Part shown: one piece after another, positions 1-12,297 of the stretch
Layout of the letters: every line of letters starts with the position of its first letter
Numbering within the stretch: the first letter of the stretch is position 1
From: Octopus vulgaris
Taxonomy: Eukaryota
DNA: 64,000 nucleotides
Assembly (NCBI GenBank): GCA_951406725.2
Contig: OX597814.1
Coordinates: forward strand, 21,080,001 to 21,144,000
Direction: 5' to 3'
The notes under the pieces: model-generated
The model's input: only the letters and a program-made list of their open reading frames with translations
The model's database searches: none
What the model was told of the DNA's origin: nothing
Position numbers and translations under genes: made by a program

Positions 1-215
1 GTAGATTCGACGTCAAAGGCAGATACTAGAAAGATAAGGGGTAAAGAAATAATAAGTAGAGAACAAATAAAGAGGGATACATTGGTTGAAAGAATGTTCA
101 AAGGCTTGGAAGTAGATTTCTCTATTGAAGTAAAGTGTAAGTTAAACTAACTGTTCAAACATATGTCGAAAGTAAAAGAATTTGAATAGCATCTGCCTTC
201 AACTCCATTTATCTA

Positions 216-268
<53 letters not shown>

Positions 269-279
269 AACTATATATA

Positions 280-650
280 TAGTCAAGTGAAATCATAGTC
301 GTGGCAGATGCTAGTGCTGCCTGACTGGCACCTGTGTCGGTAGTATGTTTAAAAGCACCATTTGATGTGGCGGATACCAATGCCAATGACACGTAAAAAG
401 CATCACTCAAGCGTGGTCTATGTCAGTGCTACCTGACTGGTTTCTGTGCTGGTGGCACATAAAGAGCACAATTCAAGTATGATCAATGCCAGTGCTGCCT
501 GACTGGCACCTGTGTCAGTGGCACGTTTAAAAGCACCATTTGAACGTGGCTGATGCCAGTGCTGGAGACACGTAAAAGGCATCAGTCGAGCATGGTCTAT
601 GCCAGTGCCGCCAGACTAGTTTCTGTGCTGGTAGAAAGAGCACAATTCAA
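280..650 (+). repeat. Degenerate array of RTE 3'-UTR-type ~40-60 bp units
   Basis: Recurrent (g)tgccagtgctgcctgactgg...ggcacgtaaaa(a)gcacc units; the same unit occurs in RTE 3' ends elsewhere in the window. Confidence 0.7.
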
Positions 651-845
651 GAGCTCTTTTTTGCTCTTCAAGAGCACAAATCAAGAGTACAATTCAAATA
701 AAGAGCACAATTCAAGCACACATGCATACATACATGTAATATACTAGGTTGAGTCAAAAATTCAGATATTCATTTATGATTTGTATCGACTTGCATGTCC
801 ATGTTGTATCATTAATATAATACAACTTGTTGTTCAACTATTACC

Positions 846-1190
846 CTTTACTTGTTTCAGTCATTTGACTGTGGCCATACTGGAGCACTGCCTTTAGTCA
901 AACAAATTGACCTCGGGACTTATTCTTTGGAAGCCTAGTACTTATTTTATCGGTCTCTTTTAACGGGGACATAAACACACCAGCATCGGTTGTCAAGCAA
1001 TGCTAGGGGGACAAACACAGACACACATATATATATACATATATACGACAGGCTTCTTTCAGTTTCCATCTACCAAATCCACTCATAAGGCTTTGGTTGG
1101 CCTGAGGCTATAGTAGAAGACACTTGTCAGTGGGACTGAACCCGGAACCATGTGGTTGGTAAGCAAGCTACTTACCACACAGCCACTCCT
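846..1190 (-). mobile_element. tRNA-derived SINE, family A (CORE-like)
   Basis: Reverse complement of the 6221-6638 copy: head gagtggctgtgtggtaag...ggttcagtcccac, internal TA/CA microsatellite, tail atgactgaaacaagtaaa. Confidence 0.85.
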
Positions 1191-1249
1191 GAACTATTTA
1201 TTCTTTATGTTCATATTTAAGACATAAACATGAATTGTCTATTCTGTAT

Positions 1250-1710
1250 TTTACAGCTTTGATAATGATTGGTGAAAACTTGCAATTTGAACCGTTTTAT
1301 GCTACCTATGGAAAAAAAAAAAGACTGAATGTAAGGGCAGGGGGAAAAAGAAATTAATGATGTGAAAAGCCCAGGAGCTACCAATGAATGTGTGGTACAA
1401 AACTGGCTGAGACATTTCAAGGAAGGTGATACCAGCCTCAAAGACAAACCAAGGTCAGGGAGATATTCTGTTGTAGAAAATGAAACCTTGCTTAAAATGG
1501 CTTCATTTCAAACACAAGCACAAGCACTCATACACTGTTGGTAGAACTTGGTCCTTCACAAAGCATCTCGATAAGCTTGGCCTTGTAGACTGATGCTATT
1601 GAGAAGCTCTACATGAACTGATCAATGATCAGGCTCTAAAAGAATGAGATGAAAAATGGATCTATTTTTGTAACCCTAATAAAAGAATCCAGTGGTTTCA
1701 TTCTGACCAG
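1250..1710 (+). pseudogene. Mariner-type transposase N-terminal relic
   Basis: ORF 1362-1544 VQNWLRHFKEGDTSLKDKPRSGR is a mariner HTH signature; downstream DEKWI-like remnant; stops and frameshifts. Confidence 0.75.
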
Positions 1711-2119
1711 GCTTTGTTATAATTATCACCATTACTATTACTGTCCATTTAAAATAGGCTTGAATAAAATTTTTTTCTCTGACTTTTCTCTAACTTCACT
1801 TGAGTTGTGTAGTTTGTAGAATGGGAATATCATAAACTTTTTCTAACCACATGTTGCCAGATGGTTGCCTGAAGGGATCTGATGGACATCAGGGTCCCTA
1901 ATTTGCTATCAGTGTTTAAATTTAACCATTTCCCTACAGTTGTCAGTCCTGGAACATAACTGTCGCGGCATAAACCTGGTGATTGCGTAACCCATGAAAG
2001 TATTAGTTAATTTCACTGTTGTAAAATTGTAAAAATTGTCAAATAATAAAATGTGAAAGTTAGACTTAGTTGGAATTTCATTGATTAATCTATTCTTCTA
2101 TACACAATCATAAAAACTC

Positions 2120-2164
<45 letters not shown>

Positions 2165-2857
2165 TATATTACACATACATATAAATATATGGTGGTTGTC
2201 TACTCCTTATGCAGAGTCTGACTACCTCTTGTACCGACACCCTAGATCCATCATGGCATCTGATGTGGCTTTTTAAACTAGACAATGTATTGAAAAGACA
2301 CCCTCATAGATTGCATATTTGATTTGGACCCTCAAGAGCTGTGGTTAAGTTCTGATCTTTGTGGATCTTAAAATGTCTTTTGAGGCCTCCACTAAAATTA
2401 CAGACCTTATGGCATATACAGCATTGAAATGTGTGTCACAGATATGTAGGCAGAATAATTAGTGGAGGTTTGTTTTACATTGGTCCTCAAATGAAATTTG
2501 AATCCAGTGATGAAACTAGCAACCCCACCAAGCTTGCTTGGTGAGGAGGGTGTTTATTGGGACAAAAGTAAGACTCATCAATGGGTGGACGAACTCATGA
2601 GTAGTCAACAGCCATCCAACAAATGTGTGTAAATATGCATTCTAAAAAATTTTTTAATTAAAAATTTTATATTTTATTTTTAAAATTTTAATTATTTTCT
2701 TATGAATGTATGTATGAGCTGTTCTGTTGAACACAAGAATGATATTTAATCACTCTATGTTCGGGTGTTGGTTTGATGTCTGGCATAGGATAGTTACCTC
2801 ACAGGCAGGTAGAAGCTCTTTAACCTTTGGCATATATATATGTATGTATATATATAT

Positions 2858-4060
2858 TGGACCATTCGATAAATTGTGTAGTTTTGTATATTTCTTTTAT
2901 TTTTCAAACTTAAAATAAACAACGTTCTTTTTTTTAATCTAAAATAAACTCTTCTTCATTTTTTACGATGCTCTTCCATCTATCTGGTAGACTTGCAAAG
3001 CCCCGCTTCCAAAATTCACTTGTCTGTGATGAAAAATACTCCTCCAGTACTGTTCTGACCTCATCTACAGAATTCATATTTTTCCTCCCGAAATGATTTT
3101 GAAGATTGTGGAATAAATGATAATCAGATAGGGCAATGTCTGGCGAATATGGTAGGTGGGGCATCATTTCCCATTCAAACTGCTCCAGACTTTGGAATGT
3201 CAGCCAAGCATTATCCTGATGGAAGAACACCTTTCATCTTCAAGCCAAAGATGGTTATTTTCCTTCTAGCGCTGACTTAAGCTGCTCAAGCTGTTTGCAG
3301 TAGATCTCCTTTGTTATCATTTGGTTTGGGTTTATAAGTTGAAAGTGGACTAAACTTTTTATATCCTACCAAATAGATAACAACATCTTATGTGGGCGAA
3401 GACCTTCTTTAACCTGGAGTTTACCTTTCTCTACTCACTGTTTTAGTGCTTGACATTTTTATAGAAATCCCATTTCTTGTCACCAGTCACTATTTGGTCC
3501 AAAAAAGGTTCATTCCTGAGATGTGACTGCAAAGAGGAGCACACATTCACCCTCTGCATGCAATTAAACTTAGAAAGTTTGTGAGGAACCCATTGACTCA
3601 ATTTGCTCACATTTCTGATGGCACACAGGTGTCAATGAATGGTTGAATGATGAAATACAAGCTTCTCTGCTAGTTCCTCAACAGTTACAATGAGATTTTG
3701 TTCTACCAGGGTTTGCAGGATGTCCTCATTGAGTTCTACAGATCTTCTAGGATGAGGCTTGTCTTCTAGGCAGTAGTTTCCAGCTCAGAATTTCTGGAAC
3801 CACCATTGACACTGGCTTACAAATATTGTCTGATACCCATATACTACATTAATATTCCTCACAATTTCGGTTGTGTTGTTGCTTTTATTGAACTTCTAAA
3901 GCAAAATGTGCTGAATATGCTCCTTAGTAACTTCCATTATGGCTTTGAAAAAATAACTATTAAAATCGAACGGCATTCTTCAAAACTTGCACTAAGAATA
4001 AGGACACGGTAAAATTACTACCTGCTTTTATAGCAAGTTGATGCAGGTAGTTTATCCAAT
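2858..4060 (-). mobile_element. Decayed mariner (DD34D) DNA transposon; transposase pseudogene 2934-3937
   Basis: Minus-strand ATG at 3937 (MEVTKEHIQHILL...), VTGDKKW, HQDNA, HLPYSPDIALSDYHLF, GFASLPDRWKSIV; many stops and frameshifts; follows a (TA)n tract. Confidence 0.9.
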
Positions 4061-4110
4061 CCCCCTCTGACTTTTGGTGATATGCTGTGCTTGAGAAGAC
4101 ATGTCAGGCC

Positions 4111-4449
4111 AAGAAATATTGAATAAATAAAATATTCATTTGACAAATATACACCTCACTCAGTTAAATCCACATATATAAATCTGTCTGGTTATTCAAG
4201 TTATACAATAGTATATAGAGCATGACTAATCGGTGTAGATGTCCGTATAGGAGAGAATAATGATTTCTAGCCTTAATGATAATAATATCAATGATTCACT
4301 GGTTGCTTTGTATAATTGCAGAGGAGTGGTTAACAATAGAAATATGAGATTACATAAATACTTCAGCCTGAGTCAACTACCTGGTATATTGTGTAACTGA
4401 GTGAGGTGTATATTTGTCAAATGAATATTTTATTTATTCAATATTTCTT
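4111..4449. repeat. Foldback element with 56-bp inverted arms
   Basis: 4111-4166 is the reverse complement of 4394-4449. Confidence 0.85.
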
Positions 4450-4607
4450 TTTCTAAAGAGCAACAATTCACATAGCACAATATATTTATGTGTGTGTGTA
4501 TCTATCTATCTATCTATTATGCATGTATATATTTGTATGTATGTGTATGTGTATGTGTGTGTAATATATATATATGTAATAGTATGTATGTATGTGTGTG
4601 TGTGTGC

Positions 4608-4642
<35 letters not shown>

Positions 4643-4727
4643 TGTATATATATGTATGTGTGTTTGTGTATAATATATATATATATAAAGTTAATCCAAA
4701 CAAGTTATATATGTATATATATATATG

Positions 4728-5227
4728 ATAGCTTGCACCCATGCCAACCTCCCTTCATTGGACACTAAACTCTGCCTGCGAAGACCTGTTGGGGCAAGTG
4801 AAATCGAAATTGAACCAAATTCGATGACTGGCACCTGTGCCAATGCAGCTGCCTGGCTTCTGTGCCAGTGGGCACATAAAAACCACCTTTTGAGCATGAT
4901 TGTTACCAGTGTCGCCTTACTGGCACTTGTGCCACTGGCAAGTGAGCAAAACATTCGAGCGAGGTCGTTGCCAGTGCCGCTGGACTGGCTCCTGTGCAGG
5001 TGGCAAGTAAAGAAACATCATTTCGATCGTGGCCGCTGCCAGCCTTGCCTGGCACGTAAAAAGCACCCACTACACTCACGGAGTGGTTGGTGTTAGGAAG
5101 GGCATCCAGCTGTAGAAACACTGCCAGATCAGACTGGAGCTTGGTGCAGCCTCCTGGCTTCCCAGAACCCGGTCAAAACGTGCAACCCATGCTAGCATGG
5201 AAAACGGACATTAAATAATGATGATGA
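4728..5227 (+). mobile_element. 5'-truncated RTE-clade LINE 3' end (or RTE-tailed SINE) with internal repeat array
   Basis: ...aaaagcacccactacactc...ggtgttaggaagggcatccagctgtagaaac...catgctagcatggaaaacggac followed by a (GAT)n tail; same 3' end as the ORF2-bearing copy at 26343-27830. Confidence 0.8.
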
Positions 5228-5659
5228 ATATATATACACACACTCACACACACACATATATATATACACACACACACACACATATATCTATCTATCTATC
5301 TATCTATCTATTTCTCTATCTCTCTCTCTATATATATACATATAAAACATGGTGTGATTAAGAATATCCTGAAACACGTATAATGTAGGTAACTCTACAG
5401 CTATTTATTTGTAAAACTCAATTTTGGAGACTGAACATTCTATTGTTCTCTAAATTAGACAGAAAAATAATTGAGAATCTGTTTACTCATCTGTTTTAGG
5501 ATAATTGTCCTTCATCAGAGATGGTGTGTTACGAATATTTAGCTATTCAGAGAATGCTGGATAATTAGATATGTAGGTGTTGACTGGTTAAATGGATATA
5601 GTGTATAGATATTAACTGCTTAGATGATTATTGGATGGATACACACAATGTAGAGATAT

Positions 5660-5873
5660 TCTTTCCTACTCTAGGCTAAAGGCCCAAAATTTTTGGGAAA
5701 GGGACTAGTTGATTAGATTGACGTCAATACACAACTGGTACTTAATTTATTGACCTTGAAAGAATAAAAAGCAAAGTTGACCTTGGTGGAATTTGAACTC
5801 AAACTGTAAAAACAGATGAAATACTGCTAAGTATTTGGCCCAGTGTGCTAATGTTTCTGCCAGCTTGCTGCCA
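5660..5873 (-). mobile_element. tRNA-derived SINE, family B (Deu/Nin-like core), degenerate
   Basis: Reverse-complement similarity to 44547-44776. Confidence 0.7.
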
Positions 5874-6220
5874 TACAAGGTAAAGATATTAGCTAGATAT
5901 AATGACATTGTGTCTACTGTTTAGATAGACAGATAGATAGACACAGTGTAGAAATATTGATTGAAAAGACAAAGTGTGTAGGTGTGATAAATAGATACTG
6001 TTTGGTTTGAACCTCTTTGTTTAAATTACTTTCAATGTGAAAGTTATATTCCTATATAACCAGGATCCTGTATAACTTTTGATACTGTTGAACTAATGTG
6101 AAGGCCTTTATGTAGTTACTTGATTTTGTAGGAAAAGCAGCCAAATCTACCTAATATTTCCTGACAGCAACTAAAATAAAGGACAATAAGTTGGATAATG
6201 TAATCCCTGACATACATATA

Positions 6221-6638
6221 GGCATAGGGGTGGCTGTGTGGTAAGTAGCTTGCTTACCAACCACATGGTTCTGGGTTCAGTCCCACTGCGTGGCACATAG
6301 GGCAAGTGTCTTCTTCCATAGCCTCGGGTCGACCAAAGCCTTGTGAGTGGATTTGGTAGATGGAAACTGAAAGAAGCCTGTCGTATATATGTATATGTAT
6401 ATGTGTGTGTGTGTGCGTGTGTGTGTATGTTTGTGTGTCTGTGTTTGTCACCCCAACATCGCTTGACAACCGATGCTGGTGTGTTTACGTCCCTGTAACC
6501 TAGCGGTTCGGTAAAAGAGACCGATAGAATAAGTACTAGGTTTACAAAGAATAAGTCCTGGGGTCGATTTGCTCGACTAAAGGCAGTGCTCCAGCATGGC
6601 CACAGCCAAATGACTGAAACAAGTAAAAGAGTAAAGAG
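6221..6638 (+). mobile_element. tRNA-derived SINE, family A (CORE-like)
   Basis: A-box-like tggctgtgtggt, B-box-like ggttcagtccc, gggcaagtgtctt core, internal microsatellite, (gtaaaaga) tail; at least 5 copies in the window. Confidence 0.85.
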
Positions 6639-8433
6639 TATATACAAACGATGTACTTTCAAATCTGGATATTATTGGATCATAGGTTTGTTCAGTGAGG
6701 GCTGATGTGGGGCTAAATTCCAACAACAACCATTCATATTGATCATAGATTATTTTCATTTCCATCATTATGATGTTTGAGGAGGTGGGGATTACACCCT
6801 GACAACCTTTATCTTCTTCCTTGATTTCCCTGTCACTAGGTTCTCTTAAATATATTACCTTGAAAATACACTCTGGATTCTTATCAACATCTTGTTTTTC
6901 TCTCATACATCACTCTACCCACCCATATATAGCATAAAGTAGGCTGTACTCCTTCCTACTCAACCTTCTCCACTGTCTTTATTACACTAACTATTTCTTC
7001 AATCTCCTGACACTCCTTTTCCTTCTTTTTCTTATTCCATCTGTAGTGAGTGATGCCTGGTCCCAGATGCCATTTTGGGATTTTCATCCATGCATGCGCA
7101 GGGATTAGAGCCTTCCAGAAGAACCCTTATGCACATGCGCAGTTATCAGCAGCAGCTAGGCTTGACCACCATTCTCTCTCTCTTTGGCCCCAGCTTCTGA
7201 CCAGACATGATGCAACTTGGACCAGATTTGTGGAGCTGGAATTCTGACGGCGAGCAATATTGCGAGTCTGTGAAAATGCCTTCATATTTTTGTGTCTAAC
7301 TACCAGCCCTGCTGCTTCTCGCACACCAAGACGGCTGTTCAGGCTACCGATGTCCTGAGATGAAATGTTTATTCAGGCGAAATAAATTATTATTCTTATT
7401 TGTTCGGAGATTCTTGTTCCCACTATTTTCCTTTCCATGACTATGTAAGGAATTGTGAGGCACCCATCCAGTGCCAACCTCACTTCCTACACATCATTTC
7501 TTCATGTATCACTTTACTCACTCATGGGAGTAGCACAGCAACTCCTCCTATTCAACCCTCACCACTGTGTTATCACTCTCTAACTCTCTCTCATTAACCT
7601 CACTGACACTACTTTTCCCTTTCCCTTCTGTTACTCCCTTTCCTAAAGCTGTCTCTGATATTTTCTCCCCTATCACTCTCTTCCAACAATAACCCCTGTA
7701 ACTCTAAATAAGAACTGACTTAAACCCTGATGAACTGCTTGCTCCATGTGGGAATGGCAAACAGACCCACTCCTATCACAGGGTTTACTCACTTAACCCA
7801 TCTCAACACCCTTACCGCTCTCTTTCGCACTAATCCCTGACATTACACTTCCCTTCTACTCTCCTCTGCCTCTCATTACTTTATACCAATGCTGTTCCTA
7901 CTGTCATTCTTTTCATTACCAACAAGTCACAACAATAAATCTGTTCCTTTCATTGTGAGAGCTCTCTTTTGTTTAGTAAGTTGTAAGGTGACTTTAACAG
8001 TGCTGGCGTCACAAAAAGCACCCAGTACACTTTGTAAGTAATTGGTAACTGATTCAAGCAGCAACCATGCTAAACTTGAGAGGTCTCTTTGGTCATGCTG
8101 AGAGCAAGGCAACCTCTATAGTGTTAGTGCCACAAAAAGAATATGCATCCAATACATTTTGTAAAATGGTTGATGCAAGGAAGGATATCAAACCATACAG
8201 ACTATGCCAAAACTGAGAGACTGGAGCAAGATGTAGTCCTCCAACCCATTGAATCCAAACAAGATGTTCTACCTCAGTCAGCCAGTCAGCATGGAAAATG
8301 GACATTATATATATATATATATATATATATGTGTGATAACAAAGGGTAAAATTAATTAATTAAGAAGTAATTAATAATTTCACCAAGTAGAATTCGGTAT
8401 GAAAAAAGGACCATTTCACGGTAAGCTTAAGTA

Positions 8434-8660
8434 ATACTAATAAAAAGGGTCCAGCAAAGATTTGCTTCACCACACACCGAAGTTTAGAAATAGCAGCCAA
8501 AAACCTTAGCTATTTCTTCTACTTTAAAAGGGGGTCTCCCGGAGGGTTTCTCCGGGAGACCCCCTTTTAAAGTAGAAGAAATAGCTAAGGTTTTTGGCTG
8601 CTATTTCTAAACTTCGTTGTGTGGTAAAGCAAATCTTTGCTGAACCCTTTTTATTAGTAT
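8434..8660. repeat. Near-perfect long palindrome (111-bp arms, 5-nt loop)
   Basis: 8434-8544 versus reverse complement of 8550-8660, 3 mismatches counted by eye. Confidence 0.95.
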
Positions 8661-8665
8661 ATATA

Positions 8666-8880
8666 TCATCATCATCATCATTTAACGTCCGCTTTCCATG
8701 CTGGCATGGGATAGACAGTTTGACTGAGGACTGGTGAGCCAGAGGCTACATCAGGCTCAATCTGATCTGGCAAAGTTTCAATAGCTGGATGCCCTTTCTA
8801 ATTCCAACCACTCTGAGAGTGTAGTGGGTGCTTTTATGTGCCACTGGTACGAGGGCCAATCAGGCGGTACTGGCAACGAT
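8666..8880 (-). mobile_element. RTE LINE 3'-end fragment
   Basis: (CAT)n followed by tttaacgtccgctttccatgctggcatggg...gctggatgccc...gtagtgggtgctttt. Confidence 0.75.
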
Positions 8881-9154
8881 CATAAAATGATGATGATGAT
8901 GATGATGATGATGATGCATCTGGACACACATCTGTCACACCCTCTGTATTGTTCTTGGCATCGCATTTGCTTTGGCTACTCACTCAGAGAATACTGAATG
9001 GATAGACATGGTGTATGGATGTTGACTGGTGAAATAGACAGTGTAAGCAAGCATACCTGTAGATGGAAACTGTCTTTGTATGTGTTTGTATGTGTATGTA
9101 TGTGTGTGCATATGCATGTGTCTGTCTGTGTTTGTTTACATTTGCACTTCTCAG

Positions 9155-9258
9155 AAAGCTGCTCAGCTACAAGTGATGATGTCAATGCTATTTCCCCTGT
9201 AAATAAATCATCCACTCCCTTTGTGCCTTTGAAGATATGTGAATTAAGAGAAAAACAG
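9155..9258 (+). CDS. Candidate internal exon of an unidentified host gene
   Basis: Pyrimidine tract tttgcacttctcAG, open frame (E)SCSATSDDVNAISPVNKSSTPFVPLKICELREKQ, donor CAG|GTGAGC; no homology recognised. Confidence 0.35.
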
Positions 9259-9797
9259 GTGAGCAAAAAAAGGGCATGTTGCAAAAACAAAAAAAAAAAG
9301 CTTACTGACATGTTTATCTAACCCATGCTAGAATGGAAAGACAGACATAAAATGAAAGGATGACTATGTTCTCTGACTGTCTTTCTTTCTCACTCTCCTC
9401 TCCCTCCCTCCCTTTCTTGTCTTACTGAGTAGCCAAGTATCTCCTCTATAGTAAGACCAGCTATCCCTTGTACCTCTTTCATATTTCAACCTCTTGCCTG
9501 GCACATGGCCACCTCCCTCAATTGAGATGTTCTTGTCTTGCAAACTTCTTGGTGACCCTGTAAGTGTTGGTGTCACATTAAAAGCACCCATACTGGTTCC
9601 ACACGGAAAGCACCTGTGTAGGTGCTACAGAAAAAGCACTCAGTAAGCTCTGTAAAGTGGATGGGTGTTAGAAAGGGTATTATGCCATAAGAAACCATGC
9701 CAAAACAGACAACTGTAGTGTGGCACACCCTTCTGGTTAGCCAACCCCCGTCAAACTGTCATGCCAACATGGAAAATATACTTTAAATATGGTGATG

Positions 9798-9850
<53 letters not shown>

Positions 9851-10009
9851 AGAATTAACAAAAAAACAAAAGACGAAGACAGGTGGTGTAGACAACAAAC
9901 AGATGTCGGGAAGTGAAAAAGTCTTTAAAGTTTTGAGCCTATGCTTTTCCACAGAAAGAAACAAGGAGAGAATACAAAGAATGTATTGTGGCTAGCAATC
10001 TATTATGGC

Positions 10010-10051
<42 letters not shown>

Positions 10052-10214
10052 TTAGAGAATATTAGTTAGGGCTAGTTCATAGGGTTATCTAGAGTTTTAT
10101 CTCCTCAAAGCACTTAGCTTTACACATATCTCATTAGATCCTATTTTCTCCATAACTCACAGTGTTCTTCCCTTTCGGGTCGATCAACATCAGTGGGAAT
10201 TGCAGCTGTGGTTA

Positions 10215-10780
10215 AGCGAACCATCCGTTCGTGTCTGCTGCCAGCCTCGCCTGGCCCCCGTGCCGGTGACACGTAAAAGCACCGTCCGTTCGTGGCCGTT
10301 TGCCAGCTCTGTCTGGCCCCCGTGTTGGTGGCATGTAAAAGCACCACCAGTTCGTGTCCGTTGCCAGCCTCGCCTGGCCCCCATGCCGGTGACATGTAAA
10401 AGCACCATCCGTTCGTGGCCATTTCTCAGCTCTGTCTGGCCCCCGTGTCGGTGGCACGTAAAAGCACCATCCGTTCGTGTCCGTTGCCAGCCTCGCCTGG
10501 CCCCCATGCCGGTGACACGTAAAAGCACCATCCGTTCGTGGCCTTTGCCAGCTCTGTCTGGCCCCGTGTCGGTGGCACGTAAAAGCACCATCCGTTCATG
10601 TCCGTTGCCAGCCTTGCCTGGCCCCCGTGCCGGTAACACGTAAAGCACTATCCGTTCGTGGCCATTTCTCAGCTCTGTCTGACCCCCGTGTCGGTGGCAC
10701 GTAAAAGCACCATCCGTTCGTGTCCGTTGCCAGCCTCGCCTGGCCCCCGTGCCGGTGACACGTAAAAGCACCATCCGTTC
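10215..10780 (+). repeat. GC-rich minisatellite, ~59-60 bp unit alternating A/B variants (~9-10 units)
   Basis: Unit acgtaaaagcaccatccgttcgtg(tccgttgccagcctcgcc|gccgtttgccagctctgtc)tggcccccgtg(c/t)cggtg(a/g)c; the overlapping ORFs here are repeat artefacts. Confidence 0.95.
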
Positions 10781-10781
10781 G

Positions 10782-11240
10782 AAAATACAGCAAATCTGGA
10801 TTCATTGGAGAATATGATAGTGTCCCAAATGCTAGTGGTCTCTTCACCATCTCACTGATCCAATATTTTCTCTGTTTGATATTGACTGGTCAAAGAAGTG
10901 GTCTCCTTGCTGCTCTTCCATAGTAGCCAAGTTTGTGGAGATATCTGACAGCTGTTCTGGGACTGACATCAATATGTTCAGCTTTGTCAGAGGCCTTGCA
11001 ATGAAGATTATCTTAACAAAGAGAAGGGTCCTGTCAGAGAACCCTAGTCAATGTGGGTGAGGTGATGTGGACTCCTTCCCCTCTCTGGTGAATTGCACAA
11101 TCACTCTGTTAACTGTAGAAAGTGGGATCCCAAGGTTTTCTGTGATTTTATGCTATGTCCACCTTCAGATTGCCCCACAATATGGCCTCTCTGAAATTCA
11201 GACAGTTCCAAGGTTTCTTTTGTACATGGCATGATTAAAT
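10782..11240 (-). pseudogene. Tc1-like transposase relic
   Basis: Frameshifted WDTIIFSNESRFAVF (first DDE aspartate region) and upstream HTH-like ...RPERGRSP... Confidence 0.5.
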
Positions 11241-11354
11241 AGTCACATATAGAACCTGAAACATAAAAATGTTAATTAATAAAGAATATAAACCATTACA
11301 AGTTAGAATAAACATAAAACAATGTTTTATGGGGTGTCTATTTACTTCTGTCTT

Positions 11355-11392
<38 letters not shown>

Positions 11393-11770
11393 ATGCGTGT
11401 GTGTATGTATATATATCATCATATATATATATATATATATATATCTATGTATGTATATAAAGTAAGTACCGTCTCAAGTTCTAGGATAGTTTTCATGATA
11501 TTCAAATGACCAAGATCAGAATATGACCCTTGAACAGAATGCTTCTCCATTATAGGGCTACTCACTTACAGCTGAATCAATTGGAGCAATGTGAAATTAA
11601 AGTGTTTTGCTCAAGAACACAATGCACTTCCAGATCTGAGAATTGAAACTACAATCTTGTAATCATGAGCACAACACCCTAAACACATTTTCATAATCAC
11701 ACATGCATTTACACACACATATAAACATACTCATTTACACACACACACATTCATTTACATGCACACATTT

Positions 11771-12215
11771 CATCATCATCATCATCATCATCGTTTAGCG
11801 TCCGCTTTCCATGCTAGCATGGGTTGGACGGGTCAACTGGGGTCTGTGAAGCTGGAAGGCTTCGTCAGGCCCAGTCAGATCTGGCAGTGTTTCTACGGCT
11901 GGATGCCCTTCTTAACGCCAACCACTCCGCGAGTGTAGTGGGTGTTTTTTACGTGCCACCTGCACAGGTGCCAGACAGAGCTGGCGAACGGCCACGAACG
12001 GATGGTGCTTTTATGTGTCACCGGCACGGGGCCAGGCGATGCTGGCAACGGACACGAACGGATGGTGCTTTTATGTGCCACCGACACGGGGCCAGACAGA
12101 GCTGGCAACCGGCCACGAACGGACGGTGCTTTTACGTGTCACCGGCACGGGGGCCAGCCGAGGCTGGCAACGGATATGAACGGATGGTGCTTTTACGTGC
12201 CACCGACACGGGGCC
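11771..12215 (-). mobile_element. RTE LINE 3' end carrying the same ~60-bp A/B array as 10215-10780
   Basis: (CAT)n tail, cgtttagcgtccgctttccatgctagcatggg, ggatgcccttc, then about 4 inverted copies of the array unit. Confidence 0.85.
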
Positions 12216-12260
12216 AACATACACAAATTCACTTTCATGCACATGCTATAAACATACATA

Positions 12261-12297
<37 letters not shown>

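Noticed and set aside
7040-7370. Degenerate LTR-retrotransposon gag N-terminus
   Set aside because: Only a vague resemblance (ATWTRFVELEF), interrupted by stops, with no LTR or pol nearby.
10215-10780. CRISPR-like array (constant core with intervening segments)
   Set aside because: The intervening segments are two alternating near-identical variants rather than unique spacers; there are no cas genes; the context is eukaryotic and RTE-derived.
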